Both the position numbers and the translations under genes were made by a program. A stretch of DNA of 64,000 nucleotides from an uncultured Verrucomicrobiae bacterium. Its GTDB lineage: Bacteria > Chlamydiota > Chlamydiia > Chlamydiales > Rhabdochlamydiaceae. The stretch lies in the NCBI GenBank assembly GCA_963718565.1, contig OY970364.1, positions 1,568,001 to 1,632,000 on the forward strand, given 5' to 3'. The notes under the pieces were generated by a model. That model made no database searches. It had not been told where the DNA came from and saw only the letters and a list, made by a program, of their open reading frames with translations. Of this stretch, positions 41,597 through 52,110 are shown in pieces. The stretch's first letter is position 1, and every line of letters starts with the position of its first letter.

Positions 41597-43330
41597 ACTA
41601 ATAAATTCTTCCACATCATTGGCCACAGCTTTAGTGGCCTCTTGCCAAAATGAGCTTTGGGTCAAATCTATCCCGAGATGTTTGTTTGCGAGATCCTCCA
41701 CAGACAGCATCCCTGTTTCCCTGAGTAATGCATCGTAGCTCCTTGCAAATTCAGCTCCTTTTTTCTTTGCTTGCATATAGAGTCCTAAACTGAATAAATA
41801 GCCAAACGTGTAAGGGAAATTATAAAAGGGAACAGTCGTGAAATAAAAATGCAGTTTCGAAGCCCAAAAATAGGGGTTCCACACGGATAATGCATTGCCA
41901 TATGCCATTTCTTGCGATGCTTGCATCAATACACAGAGTTCACGCGAAGATAAGAACTGCATTTTACGCCGTTCATAAAATTGGGTTTCAAAGAGAAATC
42001 GAGCACGGATATTCATCATAAAAAGGATGGCACGTTGGATGCGATCTGCAAGGATTTTCAGCTTGTCTTTGCGGGTTTTGCATTGCTGCAATAGTGCATC
42101 GCTGATGATTTGCTCAGCAAAAGTAGAAGCAGTTTCGGCAACATTCATACGATAATGCTGACAAAAACTCGGCAAATCTTCGACCATGGCATTATGATAA
42201 GCGTGCCCTAACTCGTGTGCTAAAGTCGACAAATTCACCATCGTCCCACTATAGGTCATAAAAATGCGACTTTGCTTTGATCTAGGAAATGCAACACAGT
42301 ACCCGCCAGGTCTTTTTCCGAATCTATCCGCAGCCTCAATCCATTTTTCTGTGCAGGCCTTCTTAGCAAAATCTCCCATTCTCGGGTGAAATCTTGCCAA
42401 TTGTTCAATGATCATCGAAGCGCCTTCAGAATAGGGAATCATTTCAGTTTTGGAGTCAAAAAGAGGAGCTTCGATATCGTACCAAGCAAGTTTTTCAAGA
42501 CCTAAAAGCTTAGCTTTGAGCTGTAAAAATGCAAGAAGCGGTTTTTTCTGTTCTTCCACAGCATCCCACACCACTTTTAAAGTCTGTTTTTTCATGCGGT
42601 TTTCAAACAAAGGCTCTTGCAAAGGATCTTCCCATCCCCTTTGCCTATAAACATGCAAACGGAATCCAGCAATATGATTTAAGACTTTGGCAAAAATGGC
42701 CTCTTTTTCCTTCCAACATTTTTCCAGAGAAAAAAATAGCGACTCTCTCACATTGCGGTCTGGATGCGTTAATTGATTTTCTGCTTGGCCAAAAGAAAGG
42801 AGTTCTTTTTTTCCTTCCGTTTCAAAAGGAACTTTAATTTCGCTGACAAGTGTTGGATATAGATCACTCCATCCGTGATAACCATCGACAAAAAGCTCCG
42901 TCATTAAGTTCTCTTTGTCGGAGGACAGCTTTTGGCTGGCCCGCAATCTTCTTTCTTCCAATACAAAGCGAATTGTGTCAAATGTTGGGCCCGCGACCAG
43001 TTTGGGGTCAAGCTGCTTCAACTGATGATCAAACTCATTGTTAAAAATCTGAAATGTTGATTCCAATATGGAGAATTCAGCGCGCCATTGATCAGCGCGT
43101 TCATCTTTAATATTTTGGGACTGCAGACATAGGATAAATGCATCGAGCTGGCGAAGATCTAAATCGATCTCCTGCATCTTATAGACCAATCCTTCGAATT
43201 CTACTGCTTCCTTGAGTTTTACTAACCCTTGAATCTCGGCTTTTAGCCGCTCCATTTCTCTAGCAAAATCTTTGGAATCACTCCCTCCCGAAAAAAAACA
43301 GTCCAAATCCCACTCTACAGCATATTCCAT
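41564..43330 (-). CDS. M3-family oligoendopeptidase (PepF-like)
   Basis: WDLD N-terminus, HELGH, VAETASTF, FYNFPYTFG; start at ATG 43330. Confidence 0.92.
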   Translation of the reverse strand: MEYAVEWDLDCFFSGGSDSKDFAREMERLKAEIQGLVKLKEAVEFEGLVYKMQEIDLDLRQLDAFILCLQSQNIKDERADQWRAEFSILESTFQIFNNEFDHQLKQLDPKLVAGPTFDTIRFVLEERRLRASQKLSSDKENLMTELFVDGYHGWSDLYPTLVSEIKVPFETEGKKELLSFGQAENQLTHPDRNVRESLFFSLEKCWKEKEAIFAKVLNHIAGFRLHVYRQRGWEDPLQEPLFENRMKKQTLKVVWDAVEEQKKPLLAFLQLKAKLLGLEKLAWYDIEAPLFDSKTEMIPYSEGASMIIEQLARFHPRMGDFAKKACTEKWIEAADRFGKRPGGYCVAFPRSKQSRIFMTYSGTMVNLSTLAHELGHAYHNAMVEDLPSFCQHYRMNVAETASTFAEQIISDALLQQCKTRKDKLKILADRIQRAILFMMNIRARFLFETQFYERRKMQFLSSRELCVLMQASQEMAYGNALSVWNPYFWASKLHFYFTTVPFYNFPYTFGYLFSLGLYMQAKKKGAEFARSYDALLRETGMLSVEDLANKHLGIDLTQSSFWQEATKAVANDVEEFISLADNLKVADL

Positions 43331-43391
43331 ATCCACCACTGACTCTAAGAACGTGGGTTTTGGATTCACTGAAAGGAACCCAAAACTTAAG

Positions 43392-43829
43392 TTAAGAAAC
43401 TCCTTCGTCAAAATTAGAAATAAGCCGATTCAAATAGCTTTCCTGATATTTTTTTAAATCATCAATATGCACAACCCAAGCCGATCCTTTTCTTGAGGCT
43501 TTTAAAAGTCCAATTCGCGTTGCGTAATAAATCTTTTGGTAAGGAACATTCAGCAATTTAGCTGCTTGCTGAATCGAATAATATCCCTTTTTGTTATCAA
43601 AAATCAATTCACCATTATGCATCGATTTGGTTCTGGAGTACTTCAGTTTCCGATAGTGCTCTAGATCTTCAACATCGATAATCCAACGCGTGGGATTTTT
43701 ATACGCACGCAATTTTTTTTGCTTAATCGCAACGTAAATGGCCTGACGGGTCACGTTGTTAATTTTAGCAGCTTCAGAAAGCGTTACGAATTTCTTATCC
43801 GTAAGCTCTCCGTCTCTATTTTCACTCAT
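43392..43829 (-). CDS. euo: EUO-like tandem HTH transcription regulator, paralogue 2
   Basis: EAAKINNVTRQAIYVAIKQKKL, KYSRTKSM, KIYYATR; located in the recJ region as in Chlamydia. Confidence 0.85.
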   Translation of the reverse strand: MSENRDGELTDKKFVTLSEAAKINNVTRQAIYVAIKQKKLRAYKNPTRWIIDVEDLEHYRKLKYSRTKSMHNGELIFDNKKGYYSIQQAAKLLNVPYQKIYYATRIGLLKASRKGSAWVVHIDDLKKYQESYLNRLISNFDEGVS

Positions 43830-43988
43830 AAGTAGGGTCTCCCATTTTTAATACAAATGATTATATAAGGTAATTATTAATTTTCGTTAAAAGGTAGCAC
43901 AAAAAGGATAAAAAAAAATCAAAAAGTTTTTACTCTGTGTGTAAGATTTTTTTTTATTATTTAAGCAATTAAAAATTAACTGCTTAAA

Positions 43989-44148
43989 TGACCTCCTCGT
44001 GGCTGCGAAGACACGAGAAGGTCCGGGGAACCTTCGTAAGTGGCAAAGCAGGTGAACGAAGAGCGAACCGGGGCCGAAGGCAGCCGCCGCCAAGGCGACA
44101 GGTGTCAAAAGCGCGATTTTATACCGCGAGGAGTCTTGCAATTCCCTC
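43989..44148 (-). repeat. GC-rich GAGGGAATTGC-family element between the euo genes
   Basis: Reverse complement of 44080..44148 matches 53394..53460 (GAGGGAATTGC...ATAAAATCG.GCTTTTG.CACCTGTCGCCTTGGCG.CGGCT). Confidence 0.75.
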
Positions 44149-44170
44149 TTAGGAATGACCAAAAAGAAAA

Positions 44171-44206
44171 AAACCGCTGAAGGGATTCTTCCCCTCCGAG
44201 CGGTTT
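44171..44206 (-). terminator. Probable intrinsic terminator of the upstream euo
   Basis: AAACCGCT..AGGG/CCCT..AGCGGTTT stem; A-run on the plus strand gives a U-tract on the minus strand. Confidence 0.5.
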
Positions 44207-44286
44207 CTGTAACGCATCGGTTCTCAGGGCTTTTTTTTTGCGCTCATCTTCAAGATGAAACCCTGAGCAGTTTTCCATCTTGAAAA

Positions 44287-44739
44287 TTACATAGCTTCTG
44301 AGCGCTGGACTTTTTTACTCAGGTATGTTTCCTGGTATTGTTTCACGTCGCTGATGTGAATGACCCAAGCGGCACCTTTGCGATGCGCTTTCATCAAACC
44401 TACACGCGTAGCGTAGTAGATCTTTTGCGCAGGGACATTTAACATTTTTGCGACTTGATTGACTGAATAGAAGCCTTTATGATTATCAAAAAGAAGCTCG
44501 CCGTTAAACATCGATTTGGTCCGAGAATACTTTTGTCTTCGGTAATTCTCGAGATCCTCTAAATCAATTGTCCAACGAGTCGCATCTTTAGAAGCTTTAA
44601 GCTTCTTTTGTTTAATGGCAACATAGATCGCTTGACGGGTGACGTTATTTATTTTCGCCGCCTCCGTAATTGAAACGACCTTTTTGCCCGGCGAAGTCAA
44701 AATAGAGCCTTCACCAAGATGGCTGGTTTCTTTTTCCAT
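44287..44739 (-). CDS. euo: EUO transcription regulator, paralogue 1
   Basis: VSITEAAKINNVTRQAIYVAIKQKKLKASK..RWTIDL, YSVNQVAKML, RKGAAWVIH; GGAGG RBS. Confidence 0.9.
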   Translation of the reverse strand: MEKETSHLGEGSILTSPGKKVVSITEAAKINNVTRQAIYVAIKQKKLKASKDATRWTIDLEDLENYRRQKYSRTKSMFNGELLFDNHKGFYSVNQVAKMLNVPAQKIYYATRVGLMKAHRKGAAWVIHISDVKQYQETYLSKKVQRSEAM

Positions 44740-45105
44740 GATTTAAATCCTCCAAAAAAAATCAAAATAACTCTTCAATTAACGTCTTAAATTGATGTTG
44801 AAATCGCTTTAAATCAGCAGCTTACCAATTAGAGACGCATTTTTCGTCGTTTTTATAAATTAAACGATTCTAATACTCACTTTGATCATTAATTATGGCA
44901 TATAAATGAATTGATTTCAAGCATATACTGATTTTTTTTTTGTTAAGACACACAAAATCAAGCTTCTAGATTTTAAGTAATTAATTATTTTAAAGTGGCC
45001 ATAAACATCTGATTTGCTATAAGCTACGCTTATAATGGGGATGGGGGTCGTTTGGGCCCCAGCAGAAGAAAGATTCAAGTCCTTGTGCGTTAATTAATTA
45101 AAAGG

Positions 45106-47079
45106 TTGATTATGCTGTTGCGCTGGATTGCTTCATTGTTAATGATGATCCTCTTTTTATTTCCATATTTAGAAGCGAAGCCCCCAGAACTTTCCGCAAA
45201 AGACACAAGGATTAAAATTGAAGAAATCCTTAAAGCCCATGTTTGTCATCAAAAATTAACAGAAGAAATTGTGGATCGAGCGATTCAAAACTACCTTGAA
45301 GAACTTGACCCCGGCAAAACTTATTTTTTAGAGTCCGATATCCACCAATGGATCAGCCCTTCTAAAGGACTTTTAAGCCAAACATTGGAGGGGTATAAAA
45401 AAGAAGACTTTTCCCTATTTGAAAAAATCCATGATCAAATGCTTTTGGCCATTGACCGCCGGACGGGATTGGAAAAGCAGATCGAAAATGCTCCTCTGCT
45501 TAAAAACGTACAAACCTCTGAATTTAAAGATATTAAATGGGCGAAAACCTCTGAAGAATTATCCGATCGTCTCTTAAAGATCAAATCTGTTCAATTACAA
45601 ACTGCGGAAAAATTCATTCCCGAAACTAAGGATCAATTCCTTCAACGGCTTTCTAAGCGAAGGCTTAACCGTGAGGCTGAACTCACAGGGGGATCAAAAA
45701 CAGAAAAACAGCAACTCATCTTATCTTATGTGCTTAAAGCCACTAGCTCTGCCCTCGATTCCCAGACTATTTATTTCACTCCTTCTGAAGCCAGCCAATT
45801 TATGATTCAAGTTCAACAAAAACTTTTCGGAATTGGCGCTCAACTCCGCGATGATCTTAGCGGATTTACAATTGTTCGCATCGTGGAAGGCAGCCCAGCA
45901 AGTCAAGGAAATAGGCTTAAAATCGGCGATAAGATCGTTGCCGTTGATCAAGAACCTGTGGTCGGAATGGACATCACAGAAGCGGTAGAATTGATCCGTG
46001 GCCCCCAGGGATCCAGCATCACATTAACACTACTGCGGGAATCCAAAGAAAATGATCTGATCAAAGAAGAGAAATTTAATATCGAGATCGTCCGCGGCGA
46101 AATTGTTTTGCAAGAGAGCCGTCTGGAAACAACTTATGAACCCTATGGGGATGGAATCATCGCAATTTTGCATCTTTTTTCATTCTATCAAGATGAAAAT
46201 AGTTCTTCAGCCTCTGACATAGCCGCTGCTATTGAAAAATTAAAAAATGAACATCGCATTAAAGGAGTGATTCTCGACCTTAGAAATAATGCGGGAGGCC
46301 TCCTGCCTCAAGCTGTTTCAGTCACTGGGCTCTTTATTTCCAATGGAGTGGTGGTCTCTGTTAAGGATAATACGGGAAAAGTTCAGCACTTACGCAATGT
46401 TGAAAACCGCAAAGTTTGGGATGGACCTCTTGTTGTTTTGACCGCGCACACAAGCGCTTCAGCTGCAGAAATTGTCGCACAAACTCTTCAAGAGTACGGC
46501 CGCGCTATCGTGATTGGCGACCCAAAAACATTCGGAAAAGGAACTTTCCAAACATTTACTCTTGAAAGCGCTAATTTTGGCAAGGTCAATCCAAAGGGAG
46601 AATATAAAGTAACACGTGGAAGATACTACACAGTTTCTGGAAAAAGCCCTCAACTTGTGGGTGTTAAGGCAGATATCGTGGTGCCCGGCATTTTCTCTGC
46701 AATGGAAATTGGAGAAAAATATTCAAAATTCCCTGTCGGAACTGATCAGATTCCTGCGAATTTCGACGATGATCTTTCTGACATTCCCGTCATGCATCGC
46801 GGCCAACTCAGAAAAATCTATAAGACAAATCTACAAACAGTCATGACAACCTACCAACCTTATTTGGAATCTCTTAAGAAAAACTCCACCGAGAGAATTG
46901 CTCAAAACAAGAATTATCAAAATCTTTTAAAAGAACTAGAAAAAAAAGACGAGTTTATCGACTCGACTGACTTTTTCGGACAAAACGATCTGCAATTGAT
47001 CGAAACAAGCAATATCATGAAAGATCTCATTTATTTCATGGAACAAAACATCAAAGAGCAAAAAAAAGAAGCAGCCTAA
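45106..47079 (+). CDS. tsp: Tail-specific protease (S41, PDZ domain)
   Basis: FGIGAQL PDZ entry, LDLRNNAGG, SASAAEI, TFGKG. Confidence 0.92.
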   Translation: MIMLLRWIASLLMMILFLFPYLEAKPPELSAKDTRIKIEEILKAHVCHQKLTEEIVDRAIQNYLEELDPGKTYFLESDIHQWISPSKGLLSQTLEGYKKEDFSLFEKIHDQMLLAIDRRTGLEKQIENAPLLKNVQTSEFKDIKWAKTSEELSDRLLKIKSVQLQTAEKFIPETKDQFLQRLSKRRLNREAELTGGSKTEKQQLILSYVLKATSSALDSQTIYFTPSEASQFMIQVQQKLFGIGAQLRDDLSGFTIVRIVEGSPASQGNRLKIGDKIVAVDQEPVVGMDITEAVELIRGPQGSSITLTLLRESKENDLIKEEKFNIEIVRGEIVLQESRLETTYEPYGDGIIAILHLFSFYQDENSSSASDIAAAIEKLKNEHRIKGVILDLRNNAGGLLPQAVSVTGLFISNGVVVSVKDNTGKVQHLRNVENRKVWDGPLVVLTAHTSASAAEIVAQTLQEYGRAIVIGDPKTFGKGTFQTFTLESANFGKVNPKGEYKVTRGRYYTVSGKSPQLVGVKADIVVPGIFSAMEIGEKYSKFPVGTDQIPANFDDDLSDIPVMHRGQLRKIYKTNLQTVMTTYQPYLESLKKNSTERIAQNKNYQNLLKELEKKDEFIDSTDFFGQNDLQLIETSNIMKDLIYFMEQNIKEQKKEAA

Positions 47080-47125
47080 AAACCTGAGTTTTGGGCTCCT
47101 TTCATATACTGTGCCCAGGTTAAAA

Positions 47126-47803
47126 ATGAAAAAAATGTTTCTTATTCTTTTTGCGTGCGTTTTTTTCACAACAATAAAAGCAGAAAACATTAACTCAGAT
47201 AAAAAAGCGATTGTGTTTGATTTTGGAGGCGTTATCGTTCATCCCAATAAAACGCTGTTCTTCGAGTTTATTAAAAGCATTTTTCAGATCGATGATGCTG
47301 TTCTGCAAAATATCCGAGAAAAGTTCAAAAATGCTAAAAACGCACACACGCCAGAAAGCGTATTCTGGAAACGCACTGCGGAGGAATTACATATTACCCT
47401 TCCTGAAGATTGGGAAATGCAATACGATGCTGCTGTACTGCGCTACTTGAATGAAAGCCAAGAGATGCGCGCTCTTGTTAAGTCCTACAAAGAACTAGGC
47501 TATCGCGTGGCTCTTCTTTCCAATGTCACTGCTGAGCGTGCTATTTTTCTGCGCAATCAAGGATTTTATGAAGACTTCTTTCCTGTTTTGCTCTCCTGTG
47601 AAATCGGTATTGAAAAGCCCGATCCTAGAGCTTACCAGATGATGTTAACCTCGATTCAGGTCTTGCCAGAAAATTGCATCTTCATCGATGACAAACCCGT
47701 CAATATCGAAGCGGCAAAGGCTCAAGGCATCGATGCCATTCTTTTTCTGTCTCCCCAACAGGTCGAAGAAGAGTTGCGCATTCGCCTTAATCAAAACCGT
47801 TGA
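47126..47803 (+). CDS. HAD-family phosphatase with putative signal peptide
   Basis: FDFGGV, LLSN, KPDP, FIDD motifs; hydrophobic N-terminus. Confidence 0.85.
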   Translation: MKKMFLILFACVFFTTIKAENINSDKKAIVFDFGGVIVHPNKTLFFEFIKSIFQIDDAVLQNIREKFKNAKNAHTPESVFWKRTAEELHITLPEDWEMQYDAAVLRYLNESQEMRALVKSYKELGYRVALLSNVTAERAIFLRNQGFYEDFFPVLLSCEIGIEKPDPRAYQMMLTSIQVLPENCIFIDDKPVNIEAAKAQGIDAILFLSPQQVEEELRIRLNQNR

Positions 47804-47920
47804 TTATCAACTACTTAAGCATTTCTGGCGGTTTTCTTAAAGGAGTAGCCTTGCTTTCTATGCAGTAAACAGGAAAAATTAACGGATTCTTCTAAGAAAA
47901 GAGGTCAGGTGAATTGACTT

Positions 47921-49420
47921 ATGGACAACGTACGCGTCAGAATTGCTCCTTCTCCTACGGGCGACCCGCATGTCGGCACAGCATATATCGCTCTCTTTAA
48001 TCTCATTTTTGCCAGACACTTTAGCGGAACATTCATTCTCCGCATTGAAGACACAGATCGCACACGTTCGCGTCCTGAGTATGAAACCAACATTTTCGAG
48101 GCGCTTAAATGGGCGGGAATTCAATGGGACGAGGGACCAGATATCGGTGGACCTTACGGACCTTACCGCCAATCGGAACGTACGGAAATCTATCGTGAGC
48201 ACTGTCAAATGCTACTCGATAATGGGAAAGCCTACAAATGTTTTGCCACACCAGAAGAGTTAGCAGAAATGCGTGAAATGGCCGCAAAACTTGGCCAAAA
48301 AGTTGGCTACGATCGAAGATATCGCAACTTAAGCTCTGAAGAGGTGGCGGAGCGCGAAAAAGCTGGACAACCTTATGTCATTCGATTGAAAGTTCCTTTG
48401 ACAGGAGAATGCTCCTTCGAAGATGGAATTAAAGGGCGTATTACCTGTCCATGGGCAGATATCGATGATCAGGTATTGCTTAAATCCGATGGATTTCCAA
48501 CTTACCACCTTGCCAATGTCGTCGATGATTGCTTGATGAAAATCACCCATGTGATTCGTGGGGATGAATGGATAAGCTCGACGCCCAAACATCTGATGCT
48601 CTACGAAAGTTTTGGATGGAAGCCTCCTGCATTTATGCACATGCCTTTACTTTTGGGCAAAGACGGAAGGAAACTTTCTAAGCGCCGCAATCCAACCTCG
48701 ATCTTTTACTATCGGGATAGCGGATACTTACGCGAAGCATTTATCAACTTTCTCACTTTGATGGGCTATAGTATGCCAGAAGATAGAGAGATCTATCCTC
48801 TGGATGCAATTGTCCGAGAATTTGATCCTAAGCGCATCGGTGTCTCCGGCGCCTATTTCGATGTCCTCAAACTCGATTGGATCAATCAACAGTATCTGAT
48901 TAATACGATTTCTGAAGATCAGCTCTGGCATAGGATGAAAGAATGGATTTACAATGATGCTTTCATGAAAAAACTCATGCCTCTATGTCACACGCGGATA
49001 AAAACATTCGGCGAATTCATGGAGTTGTGTAGTTTTTTCTTTGTCAACCACCTCATCTATACAGAAGAACTCCTTTGCCCTGCTCAACAACCAAAAGAAA
49101 AGATTGCTATGATGTTACAAGCGATCCTTTGGAGCATGGATGAACAAGAAAATTGGAAACGTTCTGGAATTGAAAAAGCTGCGCATGAAGCGGCAGAGGT
49201 CTTTGGCGTCCCACTGAAAAAAGTCATCATCCCACTCCTCTACGGATCTTTGACTGGGAAAAAACATGGACCTCCTTTGTATGATTCGGTTGAAATTTTG
49301 GGAAAAGACCGTGCACGAGCAAGGCTGTTAAATGGAATTGAATTTTTGGGAGGAATTTCTAACAAAAAAATGGACGCGCTAACAAAAGGATGGCAAAAGA
49401 AAGATTGTAAAGAGATTTAG
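47921..49420 (+). CDS. gltX: Glutamyl-tRNA synthetase
   Basis: [23 protein letters not shown]. Confidence 0.98.
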   Translation: MDNVRVRIAPSPTGDPHVGTAYIALFNLIFARHFSGTFILRIEDTDRTRSRPEYETNIFEALKWAGIQWDEGPDIGGPYGPYRQSERTEIYREHCQMLLDNGKAYKCFATPEELAEMREMAAKLGQKVGYDRRYRNLSSEEVAEREKAGQPYVIRLKVPLTGECSFEDGIKGRITCPWADIDDQVLLKSDGFPTYHLANVVDDCLMKITHVIRGDEWISSTPKHLMLYESFGWKPPAFMHMPLLLGKDGRKLSKRRNPTSIFYYRDSGYLREAFINFLTLMGYSMPEDREIYPLDAIVREFDPKRIGVSGAYFDVLKLDWINQQYLINTISEDQLWHRMKEWIYNDAFMKKLMPLCHTRIKTFGEFMELCSFFFVNHLIYTEELLCPAQQPKEKIAMMLQAILWSMDEQENWKRSGIEKAAHEAAEVFGVPLKKVIIPLLYGSLTGKKHGPPLYDSVEILGKDRARARLLNGIEFLGGISNKKMDALTKGWQKKDCKEI

Positions 49421-49446
49421 CAAAAAGGAACCCAAAACTCAGGTTC

Positions 49447-49584
49447 TTAGCGTTTTTCGACAGGCTCGCTGCTGATCACTTCTTCTGTTGTGTCTGAAAT
49501 AATATAAGGTCGTCTATATCCTCCCCCGCCAGCACAGGCAGATAAGAAAAGCAGCACGAGAAGAAAGAAAGGGAGAAATTTCAT
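49447..49584 (-). CDS. 45-aa small lipoprotein (below the ORF-track cutoff)
   Basis: MKFLPFFLLVLLFLSACAGGGGYRRPYIISDTTEEVISSEPVEKR; LSAC lipobox; AAGGA RBS. Confidence 0.7.
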   Translation of the reverse strand: MKFLPFFLLVLLFLSACAGGGGYRRPYIISDTTEEVISSEPVEKR

Positions 49585-49680
49585 AACTATCCTTAGAGTC
49601 AGCCCACAAACCTGTTACTAGACTTGTGGACTCACCCTTACGACCTGGCCTCTTTTTACAATTTTTTTTTACAACTGTCT

Positions 49681-50853
49681 ATGAAAAAGTCGGAATCTAA
49701 AGAAGACATCTCTGCAATTGATCGCCTTCATCCAGTGAAATCGGTCATTAAAGAACGTTATCCCCTCACTAAACCTGGATCGACAAAGAACACCTATCAT
49801 GTTTCTCTGGATTTCCATGATGCGCCCATTCGATTTAAAGTAGGCGACTCCATTGGGATCTATCCTCAAAATGACCCGCACCTTGTTCAACATTTGATTG
49901 GAGCGATGAAAGCACGTGGCAGCGAACGTATTCATGACCCGCGTAGCGGAACAGACATGACGTTATGGGATTTCCTAAGTTTCAAAGCCAATCTTTCTCG
50001 GCTCAACAGTTCTTTTCTTAAACTCTTCTATGAGCGCGAGACGCTGCACGACAAAAAAAACCATCTCCATCGCCTTTTGCAGCAAGAGAATAAATCCCTC
50101 CTTTTACAATACTTAAACACGCACGACCCTCTCGATCTTTTTAAAGAGTACAGTAATATCCAAGCTCCGCTTCAAGAAGTCTGTACACAATTTGGGCCCT
50201 TGCTTCCCCGTTTTTATTCTGTCGCCTCATCACAGCTTGTTTTTAAAAATGAAGTGCATCTCACAGTAGCCCTTTTCAGTTTTTCTCATCAGGGAGAACA
50301 GCGCTATGGCGTTGGAAGTCATTTTCTCTGCCATCTTGCTGCCATCAAAGACACTGAAGTTCCCATCTACGTCCAACCTGCCCACTATTTCACTTTGCCC
50401 CCCGATGACGATGCGCCGATCATCATGATAGGCCCGGGAACAGGCGTTGCCCCTTATCGCGCATTCATGCAGGAAAGATCAGCCAAAAGAGCGCAAGGAA
50501 AAAACTGGCTCTTTTTTGGCGAGCGCAATTGTAAGACGGACTATTTTTATGAAGAAGACTGGACGCGATGGATAGCAGAAGGGAAATTAAGAGTAGACCT
50601 CGCTTTTTCTCGAGATCAACCCGATAAAATTTATGTTCAACACAGAATGCATGAAAATGCTAAAGAAATTTGGGCATGGCTGGAAGAAGGAGCATATTTT
50701 TATGTCTGCGGAGATGCCCATCGCATGGCAAAAGATGTCGAGACGATGTTGCAGCAAATCGCCCAAGAGCAGGGGGGCATGAGCGAAGAAGCCGCAAAAG
50801 CCTATGTCAAAAATCTTCGATTACAGAAACGTTACCTTGCTGATGTTTATTAA
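49681..50853 (+). CDS. cysJ: Sulfite reductase flavoprotein-like FAD/NADPH oxidoreductase
   Basis: PRFYSVASS, MIGPGTGVAPYR, YVCGDA..MAKDV, RYLADVY; no flavodoxin domain, as in chlamydial CysJ. Confidence 0.88.
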   Translation: MKKSESKEDISAIDRLHPVKSVIKERYPLTKPGSTKNTYHVSLDFHDAPIRFKVGDSIGIYPQNDPHLVQHLIGAMKARGSERIHDPRSGTDMTLWDFLSFKANLSRLNSSFLKLFYERETLHDKKNHLHRLLQQENKSLLLQYLNTHDPLDLFKEYSNIQAPLQEVCTQFGPLLPRFYSVASSQLVFKNEVHLTVALFSFSHQGEQRYGVGSHFLCHLAAIKDTEVPIYVQPAHYFTLPPDDDAPIIMIGPGTGVAPYRAFMQERSAKRAQGKNWLFFGERNCKTDYFYEEDWTRWIAEGKLRVDLAFSRDQPDKIYVQHRMHENAKEIWAWLEEGAYFYVCGDAHRMAKDVETMLQQIAQEQGGMSEEAAKAYVKNLRLQKRYLADVY

Positions 50854-50864
50854 TCCAAGTTGCT

Positions 50865-50916
50865 AATCGATCACCCTTGAAATTCGCTTGGAGGCGAATT
50901 TCAAGGGTGATCGATT
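50865..50916. repeat. Perfect 23-bp-stem hairpin
   Basis: AATCGATCACCCTTGAAATTCGC-ttggag-GCGAATTTCAAGGGTGATCGATT. Confidence 0.9.
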
Positions 50917-50977
50917 GGGCAAGGCCGCAGCCAGTCTAAATTCACAAAACCTGACGGAGCGCGGTATAGGTTATCTC

Positions 50978-51540
50978 GTACGTCCTTAAAAACTCATGGC
51001 AAAAGTTGAAGACCATTTTGATCCATGCCAAACTTACCACTTATCGATCTTGATTGGGCACGGATCGAAATGGTCTTCAACTTTTGCCAGAGTCTTCAAG
51101 GAAGTTAATGTACGTGCTACCAGTCAAGGTGTGGCCGGAGAGGCTGTTTGAGTTCATGCCAGAGCAGTCTAAATATAGGGCGCTCTGTTATCAAGCGAAA
51201 GTTTTATTAAGGGTGTAAATAAAAGTGTTGAGGCTAGGCATTGAAATAATGCCTCCATTTCATATGTCGGAAACGCGGACACGCCAGTGCCGTGTTTCCG
51301 ACATATGAAATGGAGGCATTACTTCAATGCCTAGCCTCAACACTTTTATTTACACCCTTTTATTAATGGGTCTGGGCGTTTTGTTCTGACTTTACAAGCC
51401 GCTCAATTCATACTTCCTCGGAGACCTGTGGCAAACACTGAATGTCATTTGGATCCATGCCTGATTGAGATCGATAAATGCAAAGCCTGGCATGGATCCA
51501 AATGACATTCAGTGCTTGCCATAGGTTTTTGAGGACGTAC
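50978..51540 (-). mobile_element. IS66-derived non-autonomous element, copy C (563 bp)
   Basis: Same termini as copy B; 8-bp TSD GTTATCTC (50970-50977, 51541-51548). Confidence 0.9.
51211..51357. mobile_element. 147-bp palindromic MITE nested in copy C
   Basis: GGGTGTAAATAAAAGTGTTGAGG termini; 9-bp TSD TTTTATTAA; the empty site is visible in copies A and B. Confidence 0.9.
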
Positions 51541-51546
51541 GTTATC

Positions 51547-52044
51547 TCACTCTATTGTTGTCAAAATGCAGAAACATTGAAGACCATCGCCACAGCCAAA
51601 GTCGGTTAATCCATCTCCTGTTGTTGCAGTTAGTCCCACTTGATCCTTACGAATTTTCATCACTGCAGCAATTCTACTCCGTATCTCATCTATTCGCTTT
51701 TGGAAAAGAGGGCGTTTTCCTTCAATTGTCAAAGCGACGTGTTCAATTCTCTGGCGCCCGAGGGTCTCCATCGCCTTTTCTAAGTAGACTTGACTGTCGG
51801 TAATTCCATCTTTATGACAAAGATCCATAACGATTCCCGTAAGGATTGGCACACCTGAAACAGAGGTAATCGCATTGCAAATAGCATGAAAAACAACGTC
51901 TCCATCTGAATCGTCTGCGAGTCCTGGGACATCTTCGAAAATTAGGCCTGCAATAATACAAGGCTTTGTGGAATCGAGAGGAAGAAAACGATGGCTATCT
52001 TGTCCGATACCCACACGAACCCGAGGGAAAGATGCATGCTGCAT
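51547..52044 (-). CDS. ispF: 2-C-methyl-D-erythritol 2,4-cyclodiphosphate synthase
   Basis: RVGIGQDSHRF, SDGDVVFHA, ATTGDGL..FG.GDG. Confidence 0.93.
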   Translation of the reverse strand: MQHASFPRVRVGIGQDSHRFLPLDSTKPCIIAGLIFEDVPGLADDSDGDVVFHAICNAITSVSGVPILTGIVMDLCHKDGITDSQVYLEKAMETLGRQRIEHVALTIEGKRPLFQKRIDEIRSRIAAVMKIRKDQVGLTATTGDGLTDFGCGDGLQCFCILTTIE

Positions 52045-52110
52045 GAAAACCGACCTCTTAAAAAAGAGAAAACGCTATACTGGCGCAGTATAGCAGAAAG
52101 GCTTTAAAAA

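Noticed and set aside
43887..44162. 91-aa ORF between the euo genes
   Set aside because: Runs through the GC-rich repeat element and has no protein-like features
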